Source of the DNA: Chrysomallon squamiferum
Lineage: Eukaryota > Animalia > Mollusca
Direction: 5' to 3'
Length of the DNA stretch: 64,000 bases
NCBI GenBank assembly: GCA_012295275.1
Contig: CM022670.1
Location: 25,420,001 to 25,484,000, forward strand
Part shown: positions 40,746 to 53,980 of the stretch, piece after piece
Position numbering within the stretch: position 1 is the stretch's first letter
Layout of the letters: each line of letters starts with the position of its first letter
Made by a program: the position numbers and the translations under genes
The notes under the pieces: generated by a model
Seen by the model: only the letters and a program-made list of their open reading frames with translations
Database searches by the model: none
What the model was told of the DNA's origin: nothing

Positions 40746-41589
40746 ATACAAAAAGTCTACATTCTCTTTCTATACATCGACGTATTTTGTCCTTCTGCCT
40801 CATCGTTATCATTATTGTAGGCGCCAAGTCTTATTATTATTATTATTAAGGGAAGACTGTTAAAGTAATATATATATAAAATGAAGTCAAATAGTTGAGA
40901 ATTTGATTATCAGTTCTTAATATTATGGGATCGAAAGCAAAATACACAACAACTATTTTACTCTTAATATCTGAAGTGGTGTTGGGAACTGGTTTAGAAA
41001 GTTTATTTAATCATTCTCCAACCCCGTGCAAATATTCAAACCCGATATCTATTTGCCCAGCCCTGATTTATTTCGACAGATCTGTCGGAAAGATATAATG
41101 TTTTTATTCTGCTCAGCCTACCAGCATAACTGTATATTGTATTATTTTTTATATTTGTTTTTCTTTTCTTTTTGTGCCAACACCTTGCAAGCAGTCTGGA
41201 CCGATCATGCCTTCAGAATTAAGGAACGAGTGAGAGGGGTGCATTAATAAATCCTGTCTTTGTTATTCTGTTGACCGACCTGAATAGACGGGGAAATTCG
41301 CGGCCGCTGCAGGAAAGATTATCGCTTTGTCCCGAATTCAGCTATTTTTGAGGCTTTGCTGGTTTCAGTAAATGTCACAACGAGACACGTTTAGAAAAAG
41401 GTAAAGCCATTTCCTTTATCGTGTACATTATCTTAGTATTTACACACCTTTATCAACTATGTCTGTGCATTTTTCAGTTCATCTGTTTTGAATTATATGT
41501 TGTATTTTGCTTATAAATTTTTGATACCTAATCGCTTCAGTGTTTAATTCAGTATAAATATATTATAAGTATGATGCACAGAAGACCAC

Positions 41590-41622
<33 letters not shown>

Positions 41623-42210
41623 CGATTTGTAAAATGATCTGTCATTTTGGAATACTCGGATGCAGATGTTACATTTTATACTGCATTTATATATGATTAT
41701 AATTAAGAAACATGTTTAGATTTTTTTTAAACGGATTGTTAGTCTTGTTTATGTAGAATTTCTCAAAACAGAAATAACAATAATTAGAGAAACTAATGCG
41801 AGAGAAAGAGAGAAAACGAGCTTTTATAGAAATAGTAATAATAATAAAAAAATAATAATGAATAATAATACAAATATTTTATAAATTTACATTCATGAAA
41901 GAAAAAGTTCAATTTTTTCCCCGGAAATCAGTAATTATAATAATAAAATATTTAGACAGTATCAAGTAATAAATTCATATAGTATCATATTTCGGAAACG
42001 TGATAAAGTGTGACAAGGAGAGGACTGGGCGCGGTGTAAGGAGTGGTTATTTTATCATACTCCAAGTATGCTATCTGATTAACGGATTTCTCTATCACAT
42101 TTAACATAAAAAAAACACGTGTGCAGACTCACACACACACTCACATACATCCACATAAACACACATAATTTATAGATAGGTGTGGGAGTGTGAAAAAAAA
42201 ATATATATAT

Positions 42211-42334
<124 letters not shown>

Positions 42335-42620
42335 CTTTTGTTATATATTTTCTCAACATCCGAGATTTAAACTCAAGTAAGCCTATCTTGCATCTCAAGT
42401 CGCTGAAATTCAAGTCAAAGTCTACCTAATTGTTTAGTGAACGTGATAAAAGCACGACGTAGTATATTAAACTGTGGACGTAAAACGTTTACTAAAATGA
42501 TTTAGATTAAATTGAGTCATTCGAACAACAGACTACTATACGTAACACAAAATGGAGAGAATAGCAGCAAAGAAGATGGTGTGTTGGTCAGTAAGAATTT
42601 TTTAATGTATTTTTTAATTT

Positions 42621-42654
<34 letters not shown>

Positions 42655-43364
42655 TTTTTTTTTTTTATCGTTTAAATAGCTTCATCTGTACCCTCATATT
42701 TCAAATTATTAAACTAATGCTGTTAATAAGCCCAGGGAAGGTGAAGAACAGACAACTGTAAAGAAGATGTATACATTTGTAAGAACATGTTGGTGAATTT
42801 TCTTTTAACAGTATAGATATACACCGTCAGGTATATAAATTTAATACAGCTTCTTGGGTTGTCTGCTAATCACTTCACTGAATTAGTCACCAGACTGTGA
42901 GAAGCGTATTTTTGGCTAATAAGAGTATTTGAATGCACCTTTCTTTTTGCTATTTAAATTCCTTAATTTATATCCCTTCTTACCTAAGAAACTGATTTTA
43001 TTTTTATTTTTTTATTTTTAAAACCCCACACAATTTCAGTATATGCCTTTATCATCATCATCATCATCACCACCACCATCATCATCATCATTATTATTAT
43101 TGTTATTATTAACGTTTATTTTAAAAAAAATAAAATGTTTCTCTATTAGCCGCCAGTGTGTACCGGTACATATTTATCCATCCGCTTGATTTTAGCTGGG
43201 TCGTCTGATGTATGTAGCTGATATCAGTTTACTGTCGCTACTGCAAGGCAATGATGCTTTGATCGGGTTAATTGTTGTAAAAATAGTTACTATATATTAC
43301 TTAATATCGCTCACTCTCGCCATTCCTTCTGGTTATCTACCTCGTGTTTGTACATTCGTAGGTC

Positions 43365-43400
<36 letters not shown>

Positions 43401-43410
43401 TGTATGTATA

Positions 43411-44719
43411 GGGTAAGGTGGGTGTAATTCTGGCCCCAAAGGTATATTTTGATTTACAGCCAATATACTGTTCTGCCCAGGCTTCTGGAACTTTGTTGAC
43501 ATAAATAGGACCTTTCTATCTCTCTTTAGAACAAAGGATGTAGATCCTCAGACATTTACACATGGAGTATAGTGGCCATGAAAGTAGTGAAAACACCAAG
43601 GTTGCAAAAAAAGTAGATTCTGAGGTTTCAAAAGTGAGTGTTATTGTTTTGCTATAGACATAAGGTTAGTGATAACTTTTAACAGGTAAACATAAAATCA
43701 ATTATTAAGATCAGCAGAAGAAACTTGATTAATATGTGGTAATTAAGCAAGAAATATGTGTTTTATTTAACTCCACCACTTGGGGCAGTTCTGACCCCCA
43801 TGGATGAGGTAAATCTGGTCCCCATATGTGATGCTGAGTTTTATTTCAGTTTTTTGAATCAGTTGAAAGTCCATAGTCCATCTGGTGGGGCACGTCGTCA
43901 AACTTCAAATAAAATCAAGAGGATGAGGTCTGCCGAGGCACTGACAGAAGAAGAAAGTGTCAAGAGGTATGAAGAAAAGTTGGCAGAGAAGAAGAGGAAG
44001 GAGGAAGAAAATGCAGAGAGAGCAAAGGTGAGAGAGGCAAAAAACAAACAAAACAACAACAACAACAAAAGAAGATACCAAAGGAAAAACGGCAGCTCAG
44101 TTTGAATGCTACAGCAGAACCGGTGGATGCAGTCAAAGAAAACGTCGGTGCTGACGAGCCTGAATTAGAAGACAGAGATGTAGTAGATATACAAGAAAAA
44201 TGTGAACGCATTGGCAGAGTTGATGATGGCATGATTCCCACAAGTTCACAGGATGTGGCAGGTGTCCAAATTAGTACTGTCTTGATCCTTGCGCAAACCT
44301 CAAAATCCCAGCTGATGCAGATTTGAAAGATATTGTATTCTTGGGTGATATTTGTCAAGGAGTTTAGTTTATTGAAGTTTTGAATCTGACTTGTATTATG
44401 ATTAGGACTAATTATTATTAGTAGTAGACAATGATTACATAGCAATAATCAGTACAACAAATTTGAGGACAAAAATACATCATGAATGTGTGGGCCATAT
44501 TTACCACAAATCGTTGGGGCAAATCTGGCCCCTGACAACAATTTTTAACCCAGTTCCCATTTCAAAAGTATAAGCGATTACGCATATAGTGTTTGTGTAT
44601 CCTGAAGCAGAAATAGATATACTACACATTATTCACTCCATTTTGTTGATTCCTTTTGTCTGTGAAGCTGTAGGTGAGGTTGAATGGAAAAGGGGGCCAG
44701 AATTACCCCCACCTTACCC
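43411..44719 (+). mobile_element. Tc1/mariner-superfamily (pogo/Fot1-like) internally deleted DNA transposon
   Basis: 27-bp TIRs GGGTAAGGTGGGTGTAATTCTGGCCCC and GGGGCCAGAATTACCCCCACCTTACCC (1 mismatch), with TA at 43409-43410 and 44720-44721. Subterminal TIR-like motifs at about 43782, 43808, 44491 and 44516. The internal reading frame SAEALTEEESVKRYEEKLAEKKRKEEE resembles the charged C-terminal tail of pogo-type transposases. No DDE core seen. Confidence 0.88.
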
Positions 44720-44721
44720 TA

Positions 44722-46252
44722 TTTATTGTGTAAATAAAGTTTTATTTACATTTACTTTATAATTCGAAATACTGAAGATTCTAAAGAACCATCTGCTCGA
44801 TGATGTTCTGTCCAGTGTACATTACAAGTTTTAGGATGTTCATTTTAAACAATACAATAAATCAGAGTTCTAAAGTTATTTATTTTATAAACCTTTTTTC
44901 TTTTAATAATTATATAACTAATGAATTTTTATTATGAACGGCGTCGTTGTTACAGATACTCTTTTATTATTTTTGTTTATTTATTTATTTATTTATTTTA
45001 ATTCATATTTTTAAATTTAAATGGAAATCAAGAATCGCTAACAGGGATGAAAACGACAAGATTACTAAAGTAGTTATTTTTAGTTATTTAAAGTAAAATA
45101 ATGGACATCACAGAATCAACATAATATATAAGTTAACCTTTACTGGTATTGTTTACATATATATATATCATCGACTTGTTGCATGAGATTGTATCATATT
45201 GAAAACAACAAAATCTTAAAAGCCTAGTTTTATACAACAGTGTTTTTTGAACCTATGGCATGAAAGAAATTAGAGAAAGCGAAAGACGAAAATTAACAAA
45301 AACACAAGGAAATTTAGTTTCGGATAAACGACATTTTATGACAAAGAAAACAATTTTGTTTGCGTTTTCATGCGATTAGTAATGACTTCTCATAATAAAA
45401 GAAATCGCAAGACTTGAAATAATTCGATTTGTTGCAGTTGTTTGAAATTATATGCAACATCTCGCATTACGCATAATATATATATATATACATTTTTTTA
45501 TATATATATCGTTATTATATCACCTGCTTAGAAACTTCTCTGCAAGCCAGATACTCTTCGTAATCAATACAAAGACCTTTTCTTTTTTCTTTTTCTTCTA
45601 AATTCATATACGTAAATAGGGGTACTCGTTTGTGTCTTGCTCTTGTGCATCTCGCATAACACAGATTATGTAACATTACAGAAAAAGTCTCGCGTAACGC
45701 AAATTAAAAAAAATTAAAAAATCGGTGATTATTACATCGCCTGGTTAGAAACTTCCTTGCAAGCTCGCTACAATTCAGTGAACCTTTTCTTTTTCTTCTA
45801 AATTTATATTCGTAAGTAGGCGTTCACTTTTGTGTCCTGTGGTTGTGCATCAACAACACGACACCAAAGAGAACGCCATGATTATAATATATAATGCATA
45901 CAGTTTGTTTCGTTAACACTCATTTTTCTTTACAAATATAACAGTTTTTAAAATCTAAGTAGACGGATGATTCACTGCTAGGCTATTTTTTTTTTAATAT
46001 GCGGAGAAATTTGAAACCGATTTGAAACCAATACTTTATTATAAAATGATTCCACTACGCGAAGAATTTGTTTACGTTTAATTTATAGAAATGTATACAT
46101 TTTAAAAAAGTAATTGAAAATACTTTTTATTTTAAATTCTAATAAAACTGATTCAAGGCTTGAGAGTCAAGGTATTGCGTAATTAGATTTTATTTTGAAT
46201 TTGGATTAATCACATTTTCAGTCCACTCTGCAGCTATCACACTTTTATCTGT
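44722..46252 (+). repeat. Duplicated non-coding block, copy A (inverted paralogue at 61669-62916)
   Basis: Reverse-complement colinear match, for example TTTTGAATTTGGATTAATCACATTTTCAGTCCACTCTGCAGCTATCAC (about 46193-46240) versus 61681-61728. Copy A has an internal tandem duplication (about 45510-45660 and 45730-45850) that copy B lacks. Confidence 0.9.
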
Positions 46253-46311
46253 GTAATCATTTAAGGTAATCATTTGTTCTAACATATTTAGAAGATACAG
46301 GTACATTAAGT

Positions 46312-46354
<43 letters not shown>

Positions 46355-49300
46355 GCACGCACGTTCATACATACATATTTCGTTTAATATTTTTCCCAGT
46401 TACATATATTGGTTGCTAACGACAATAATATTATTACTAACAAATTGCATGAACGACAGTGAGGGTCGCGCGAAATTATCTTTGCGTAATCCAAATTTTG
46501 TACTACTCTTGAAATTAAACCGCAGTTCACTACATCATCAGTGCTGGACACTGAGTGACATTCTTTCATGCTCAGTATTGCTGCATTGCTACTCGAATAA
46601 TACTTGTCAGTGGTGCATAAGTCATCCCAATAAAATCAACCACGAACCTTGGAAGCTCTAATTTCGTAGGTTGTTTTCATACTTGAAACGGACGCAGATC
46701 AACATTAATATTTTTTATACAAGTATAATTATAGTTATAGCCATAATGCTTTTCTCTTGTGAGGGGCGGGCAGAAGAAATGAAATGTTAACTTTAATTAT
46801 TTTTTCCCATTGGGATGTATCATCTATTCCTTGTATTGGCGCAAGACCTTGAAATCAACGCATTTTCGCCCCAATACTGATATTCGTTTTTCTTTGGGAT
46901 TTACCTCTTTTTTTTTTTTTAAATTACTGATTATTTTTTAAATTTATTAAAGTTACATTAATTATGGGTAAAGTAACACTATCCTGTTTTTATATACATA
47001 TAAGTTACATAAACATTATTTCGTAAAAAAACAAAAAGAGAGAATAATATTACAATTTTATTCAGGATTTTGCCAGAACCATCTAATCACGTAACATGTC
47101 GAAACGCTGTTTGAAATCTTAAATTGTTTTAAATAATAAAGAAACTTTTCATAACTGTATTAATTAATCTATTTCAGTCGTAACCCTTAAATAAAAATCT
47201 GTGTATTGTTTCACTTTTAGAATTGAACAGCTGAAAGTGATTTTAAGAACACTTTTATTTTTACATTTCAACGAATCTGGTACAACTGCTTTGGCTAAAT
47301 TGATATACAAAAAATAAATCTTATACATGTAATCTTCACAAACCTTATCAAGTACAAAGGCAGCTGGACGCACATATAAAGTATCAAAATGACTATGGCA
47401 AAATAAATAAATAAAATAAAATAAAATTATAAACATATAATAAAACAAAACAAAAATAAAATAATATACGAATGCCCTATAACTATGGTGTCTTCCGCAT
47501 TTTACTACTGTAATTTTACTTTCAGTATATTTTCATTTCTTTTTCCTTTGAACGGAATAATATATTTCAATGGAGTCAGTGGTCAGAACAGTCGTAAAGC
47601 CCTGTGATAGCCATGGTAACTCACAGCTGTAACAAAACCAATCATCACTGTAGTCAGTATAAAGAAAACATGTCCGACCGTGAGGACGAAATTAAACTGC
47701 AAACAGTCATTCGCGCAGTTACTGATCACTGTAGTGAGGAGAATTACAACAACAATAGTTTACAGTTCATGTAGAATATGCATACGTCTTAATGTACAGC
47801 AAATCTATGCACAACAAACAATACTGTCGTCGTTTGTTTTGAATTTATATCAGTGTTAATAGCCATTAAAGCAGTTCAGTTTTAAATACATACGAGGTCT
47901 TATCCTTCTTTTATTTTATTTTTTCAAAAACCTAATTTGTTATTTAATTCAGTGTCTGACGTTTTAATGCATGCAGTTCACCTCTTTTGGCATTTCTGAA
48001 AATCATGAATATTTGCATTTATTTCATTTTATTTTTTTTTTAGTATTATTTTTTTCATTTTTTTTTTCTATATTTATTTATTTCATTTTATGTTTTTTTA
48101 GTATTATTTTTTTCATTTTTTTTTTCTATATTTATTTATTTATTTAATTTTGCTGTGATTTATCATTGCTTGTGTTTTTTTGAAATGGAGAAATCGAACT
48201 GGATATCATTCAATCAGATTGGAATGAACATATAGTCGTGGGAACAAAACATATCAGAAGTTTATTTATTGTCTTGGTCACATTCGGTGACACCAGAGAA
48301 ACATAAAAAGAAAACACAAAGACAGTTTGAAAACAATTATAACAAACTGACTGAACTGTTACTGCTGTTTTCGAAAACAAAGAACCAGAAGAGTTTGTGA
48401 AACGACGCGGCTACAGTCGATGACATATTACTACAAGTTTCATCAAGAATTATACGTAACTTTAATGTACCTTAATGACTCGTGTAATTAATTACCGTCC
48501 TTATTTTAATTAGATTTCAGTTTTGTCTTTTTATTTTAACAGGTCTGACGTTTTGTTAATCTTACGTTAAATACTGAGTCTAAAAATTAAATTATTAATG
48601 TTATGAAATTTATTTTTCAAAAATACTAATATACGCATACACATGTAGACACACAAACGTATTTAACCTTCAGTTGCATATATATATATATATATATACA
48701 CATAGACACATTTATACGTAAACATATTCAAGCAGAAACAGAAAGAAACGGGCTTACAAAAATAGACTGAGTGATATAAAGACTTGGCTTTAGAAATGGT
48801 GCGAACTGAATGATAAACAACACTGCGTATAAAACACATTGGGTTGTAATAAAATGCTAATGGATTAAAGGCAAATAGAATCTATAAACCACAGCTCACA
48901 TGAAGGGTTCAAAGTTTTTGCTGTATAAGCAGAAACAGGGTAATAAAGAAACAAAAGCATTATCCTATCGAACAGTTATTGTAAAACTTTATTATTATTA
49001 TTATTATTATTTTTAATTTTTTTTTATATTTTATTATTATTATATTTTTTTTTTGGGGGGTGATATTTTTCAGAACATAAATATTAAAAAGTATTATACA
49101 TAGTTATTTTCTGGATATATTAGATAACATTTTGCTTAACTTATCGATCAACATTGGCTGAAATGGACGTTCTTTTTTCGCTCCAGGGTTCGGAATTTGG
49201 AAACAGTGTAAAATTAAGGAAGGAAGACTTACTGTGCATATTGCCTCTACAGCCCTGGATATTTCGTCAGAATTACCACAAGAATCAGCAATCTAGAAGG

Positions 49301-49887
49301 ATCAAATAATATTTACCAAAACTGTTTTCGGACAAAAAAGGTGGAGTACTCTAAGCTGAGGGATTTACTTACGTATTTTTTTCATTACAGATATTTGATC
49401 ACGAAATTCGCTTTTCAGAAGAAAAATATATAAATAAGAGTCAGAGAGGAATGTAGATCATAATACATGGATACAGAATATCTCCTGAACCCCAAAATAT
49501 GCTCTACAAGTTATATAAAACAGAAATTGAATATTGACTGGTTATAAAACAGTGAATTTAATATACGAAGTTCAGAAAAATGTAATGTGCAATACATGAT
49601 ATCCATGGGTAAAACTGAAATATGCTTTATTTTGTCACAGAAAATGAAATGTATAACATAATATGAATCTGTCATATAAATACTCAATTCAATAAAAAAA
49701 AAAAAAAAAAAAAAAAAAACAACAACGTGATTTTGTTGGCTTTGAAAAGATTATTTGAATGACCTGAAAAGCAGTTATGTGGGAAGATGAAGATCTGCAT
49801 ATTTTAATTATACATAGAAGTCGGGACTAGGAAGAATGCTACCAGCTGAGTTTTATTCTATGAGTTGCACGGTCTGATTCTGCAGAG

Positions 49888-51111
49888 ATGCATTGGAGAA
49901 GGATTAAGAAGTCCGTAGTCTACTTATTAGCTTGTAGGAGAATACGAAGCACATTAATAGGTTTTATAATATTTATTTGTATCGTTTCTTTAATTTTGAC
50001 ACGGGATACATCCATGGATAACTGGCCATCGCGAACAAGGGAACAGCTATATGCTCTGAGAAACATTCTGGACAATAATAATATTCTTTCGTTAAAAACC
50101 ACAACATCTACACCACTATTTAACACTACGACAGTTTCCCCAGAAGACAGAGATAAAGAAATTAGACTCCTGTTTGATATGAGGTCTGAACCCATTGCTT
50201 ACAAACCGAAAAAATCACACCCACAGTTACACAAATTACTCATTAACAACGAAGATGCTTGCAAAGAAAAATCTGTGGATTTATTAATATTTTTTAACAG
50301 TGCTTGGAATAATTTTCAGAAGCGAAGACTACTTAGAGAAACATGGGCCAGCAAACGTACATTCCGCAACTTGACCATTAGGACCATTTTCTTTCTAGGC
50401 AAACCAGAGAAAGATGATAATCAGATGAAAATTCGCTCTGAAGCAGCTTCATACGGTGATATAGTTCAAGGAGATTTCACCGACAGTTTTCGGAACCTCT
50501 CACTGAAAGCGTTGACTTGCTTAAAATGGATAAATGACAACTGCTTGCACGCAAAATACATCATTAAAGCAGATGACGATATTTTCGTCAATGTGTTCAA
50601 AGTAGTTGAGGATATTCTTCCAATGTTATCAACTAGAAAAACAACAGTGGCGTGTCATTTCAAAAAAAGTGGATCTAGTTTGATTATCAGAGATCCAAAG
50701 AGTAAATGGTTCGTGCCGAAGGATATATTCCCAGGTCAAAAATACTTTCCAGACTTCTGCACAGGATATGTAGCTGTGTTCACAACAGATGTCATTCCCA
50801 AGATGTACGAAGCTTCATATCGAGCTCCTTTCATTTTTATTGATGATGTTTATATTTTCGGGCTTTTGCCACGGTTTTTTAAAACATTATATTATATAGA
50901 CATAAGACAAAACTGTACTTTGAACAACAAAATCGCATTATATCAGTATAAAAGCTCTGTTTCTAAAATCACATACATTGTGGCAAATGCCTGGGATGAG
51001 GGTAATATGCATGACTATTGGCTTGCAGCTTTGTCCAAGCTATCTCCTTGGGCTTACAGACAAGCTCGGATATCAAAACTGAGAGAAAATAAAGGTCCAG
51101 TAACACTGTGA
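49888..51111 (+). CDS. Beta-1,3-galactosyltransferase-like glycosyltransferase (GT31, Galactosyl_T), copy 1, 407 aa
   Basis: Single-exon ORF with a type II membrane anchor (LIGFIIFICIVSLIL). GT31 motifs: RRLLRETW, IFFLG, EAASYGDIVQGDFTDSFRNLSLK, KADDDIFVN (DxD at 50572-50580), SKWFV, FPDFCTG, IDDVYIFG. Confidence 0.93.
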   Translation: MHWRRIKKSVVYLLACRRIRSTLIGFIIFICIVSLILTRDTSMDNWPSRTREQLYALRNILDNNNILSLKTTTSTPLFNTTTVSPEDRDKEIRLLFDMRSEPIAYKPKKSHPQLHKLLINNEDACKEKSVDLLIFFNSAWNNFQKRRLLRETWASKRTFRNLTIRTIFFLGKPEKDDNQMKIRSEAASYGDIVQGDFTDSFRNLSLKALTCLKWINDNCLHAKYIIKADDDIFVNVFKVVEDILPMLSTRKTTVACHFKKSGSSLIIRDPKSKWFVPKDIFPGQKYFPDFCTGYVAVFTTDVIPKMYEASYRAPFIFIDDVYIFGLLPRFFKTLYYIDIRQNCTLNNKIALYQYKSSVSKITYIVANAWDEGNMHDYWLAALSKLSPWAYRQARISKLRENKGPVTL

Positions 51112-51768
51112 TATATAATCTTACTATTGTAGATTAGTGCTCTACCAAAACATTCCAGAAATAACTATTATTTAATTAATAAATTCACACTATATTAAAA
51201 TTCCATGCTCTGTATCGGTATCAGTACTGAACGTTTTATCTCGATACTGAAATAAAAATTCTATACAATTGTTATCATTTTGTGCCACGCCCAAATCTCA
51301 CTCAAATAAAATTGTATTTAATACCCTTTTCAGTCGTAAAAAGTAAATACCAGATCTCACTGACGAGATATTAATGACTTGAAAAAATAAATTGTCGAAT
51401 TGGTACATCTGCCCTTATCTAGCGTAGTTAGCGTAATACTCCTTCTTAATGATAGGCAAATGCTCTTTCTTTCGTTCTATTTTTGGTGGTGTTGTTGTTG
51501 GTGGTGTTTTCCAATTTTTACACAACAATGGTTCTATTTTACTACTTGAGAGCACATGTACTAGCGTGATGAATAGTTTGTAACTGAGATCTCGGTACAG
51601 TAAGACTGGTATTAATAATTAAGACTACTATATTTCACCGTAATAAACTACTAAATTAAAAACCCTGCACTTCAACTTCAATATACAGGTTCTCATCCGC
51701 AATAACTGTCTTTGCTTATGTACGTAATTTATTTTTTACTGTCCCACATTTGGAGTAACACACGAACA

Positions 51769-52023
51769 GGAAGGAAATGTTGTTTTATTTAATGACACAC
51801 TTAACACGTCTGTAATCAGCAATTGTACAATGTGATATACGCAGTAAACGACTATACTTCTAATAATAAGAGAGAAACTATGTTGCCGACACGCGACGGG
51901 ATACTCTTTTTCAATTAGCAACAAAGGATTTTTTTTTTTTTTTTATATTTTCCTTCTCATAGATAGAAACACACCATAGCATTTGACAAACCAGTAATGT
52001 GAAATACAAGCTGGAACGGGAAA
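51769..52023 (-). mobile_element. Degenerate SINE fragment resembling molluscan V-SINE (RUDI-like) elements
   Basis: The motif series GGAAGGAAATG..TTTATTTAATGACACACTTAACAC..GAGAGAAAC..TACTCTTTTTCAATTAGCAACAAAGGA..TTTTATAT..TTTGACAAACCAGT..GCTGGAACGGGAAA matches, from memory, the reverse strand of a common gastropod V-domain SINE. The tRNA-derived head is missing. Not database-verified. Confidence 0.55.
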
Positions 52024-52852
52024 CAGAGTAACACGAAACGTTAAGAGAGTTATTACTTAAAAATCTCATTCATTTTATGAAAAGCATATTAAAGTTACTT
52101 TTCTCTTATGTCCAGTAGCTATACAGTAACTAAAATCTGTGTATGTTATTGAATTTAATATTCTGTAATTTTGGTCTTCCTTTGTTTTCTCATTGATTAA
52201 ATAAACGGGTATAACAGCATTTTATAATATTATTATTTATTGTAATAATATTATTCTGTTGTATGTAAATATATGTTTAAAAATGTCTGTTAGATAATAC
52301 ATATCTTTATACATGTTGAAGATACAATTTTATTATGGTACGCTTTATAAATATTTACGAATTACTGTCGTTCTTAATTATTGTATTTTATATCTACAGC
52401 AAAGAGATGTAATAAATAAAAGCCTTTTCTGCTAGCTGTTACATATATAATAATATGCAATAAGTAATATGCTACATACGGAATAGCTTTTTGCATTATT
52501 ATAACTAATATACTGAACTGCACTGAAATAATCTGTGAGTTTGAAATTAATTTAATTGTTATATTTCATTAGATATTTATATAATTAAATCACATATAAA
52601 CCTTAAAAGTTGTTTTATTGGGTTTTTATTTTTAAATTTATTTTTAGCAAACATTGCTGAAACGTCTGATCTCTTCGAATCAACATATATTTTACAAGTA
52701 CAATGTTAAAACAGTTTTTATGTGCATTCTGAAGGAAAAGAAAAGATGAGAGAACGATATTGAATTTAATTTATTTAAATTTATTTATTACGAACTTTTA
52801 TTTATTTATTTATTTTTATTTTTATTTTTTATATATATATATTTATTTATTC

Positions 52853-52910
<58 letters not shown>

Positions 52911-53251
52911 TTTATTTTATTTATCTCATTATTTATTTTTTTAATTTATTTTAAACGTAACATTTTTAAAAACCAGGATATTGAGGACGTCCATGGGAGT
53001 GTAAAATGACACGTGTATTTCCACACACGATGTGTCTGATTAATCCATAAAATATGTGAATCACGGGAAGTTTAGAAACACACATTCCTCACTCAAGTAA
53101 CTTATCCACTGTAGAATTTTATTGTGATTTGATTTAAAGATCTTTTCAACTGTCTGAAATCATATTTTATAAAATACAATATATGCAAAAAGCATTGGAG
53201 ATACGTTACGATATATATATATTTTTTAAAAACTCCACAGAAAACCGAAAT

Positions 53252-53313
<62 letters not shown>

Positions 53314-53542
53314 TGATGATGATGATGATGATGATGATGGTACAAAAGAATGAAAGTAAGAAAGAACCCGTCGAAAAAATCAGTATTAACATTCATGCAA
53401 AAATGGTACTAATTATATACCTGCTTCGCTTAGAAAACCTTAGAAAAAACAGTTTTGAAGTTCAAGGGAGACAACTCATAAAATCAAAAACCTAATGTCT
53501 GCGCCTTTTCGAAATAATAAATTACTATTCTTGGGGAAAAAA

Positions 53543-53596
<54 letters not shown>

Positions 53597-53741
53597 AACA
53601 ACATCCTAAATCGTAACACGATGATAAGGAAATAACAACAATAGACCAACAGGAGTTATTATTATCATTATTATTATTATTATTATTATTATTAGTAGTA
53701 GTAGTAGTAGTAGTAGTACTAGTAGTAGTAGTAGTAGTAGT
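53252..53741. repeat. Cluster of trinucleotide microsatellites: (AAT)n(GAT)n, (AAT)n, (ATT)n(AGT)n
   Basis: Visible at about 53252-53339, 53543-53592 and 53657-53741, in the probable 5' UTR intron of GT31 copy 2. Confidence 0.9.
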
Positions 53742-53980
53742 ATATATTTAAAAAATATTCCTAAGTTATAATTATCACCACTTCCAGTGAAAATTGATAC
53801 CATATCAACTGCTGCAACAATTATTGTCACATTTTATTTTTCATCTAATAATGTAATTTGTTATTTGCAGGGATTCTATTCTGAAGATAAAAATGAACAG
53901 CTCCCATTAACATAACTGACACCTGCCAATGAAATAAATATTAGAGTCACCTGAGAAGTAGTTCTTCTACTTAAAACAAT

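Noticed and set aside
43960-44445. 161-aa minus-strand ORF
   Set aside because: Antisense shadow of the pogo-like transposase remnant.
48018-48140. Tandem duplication of about 59 bp
   Set aside because: Low-complexity T-rich slippage product.
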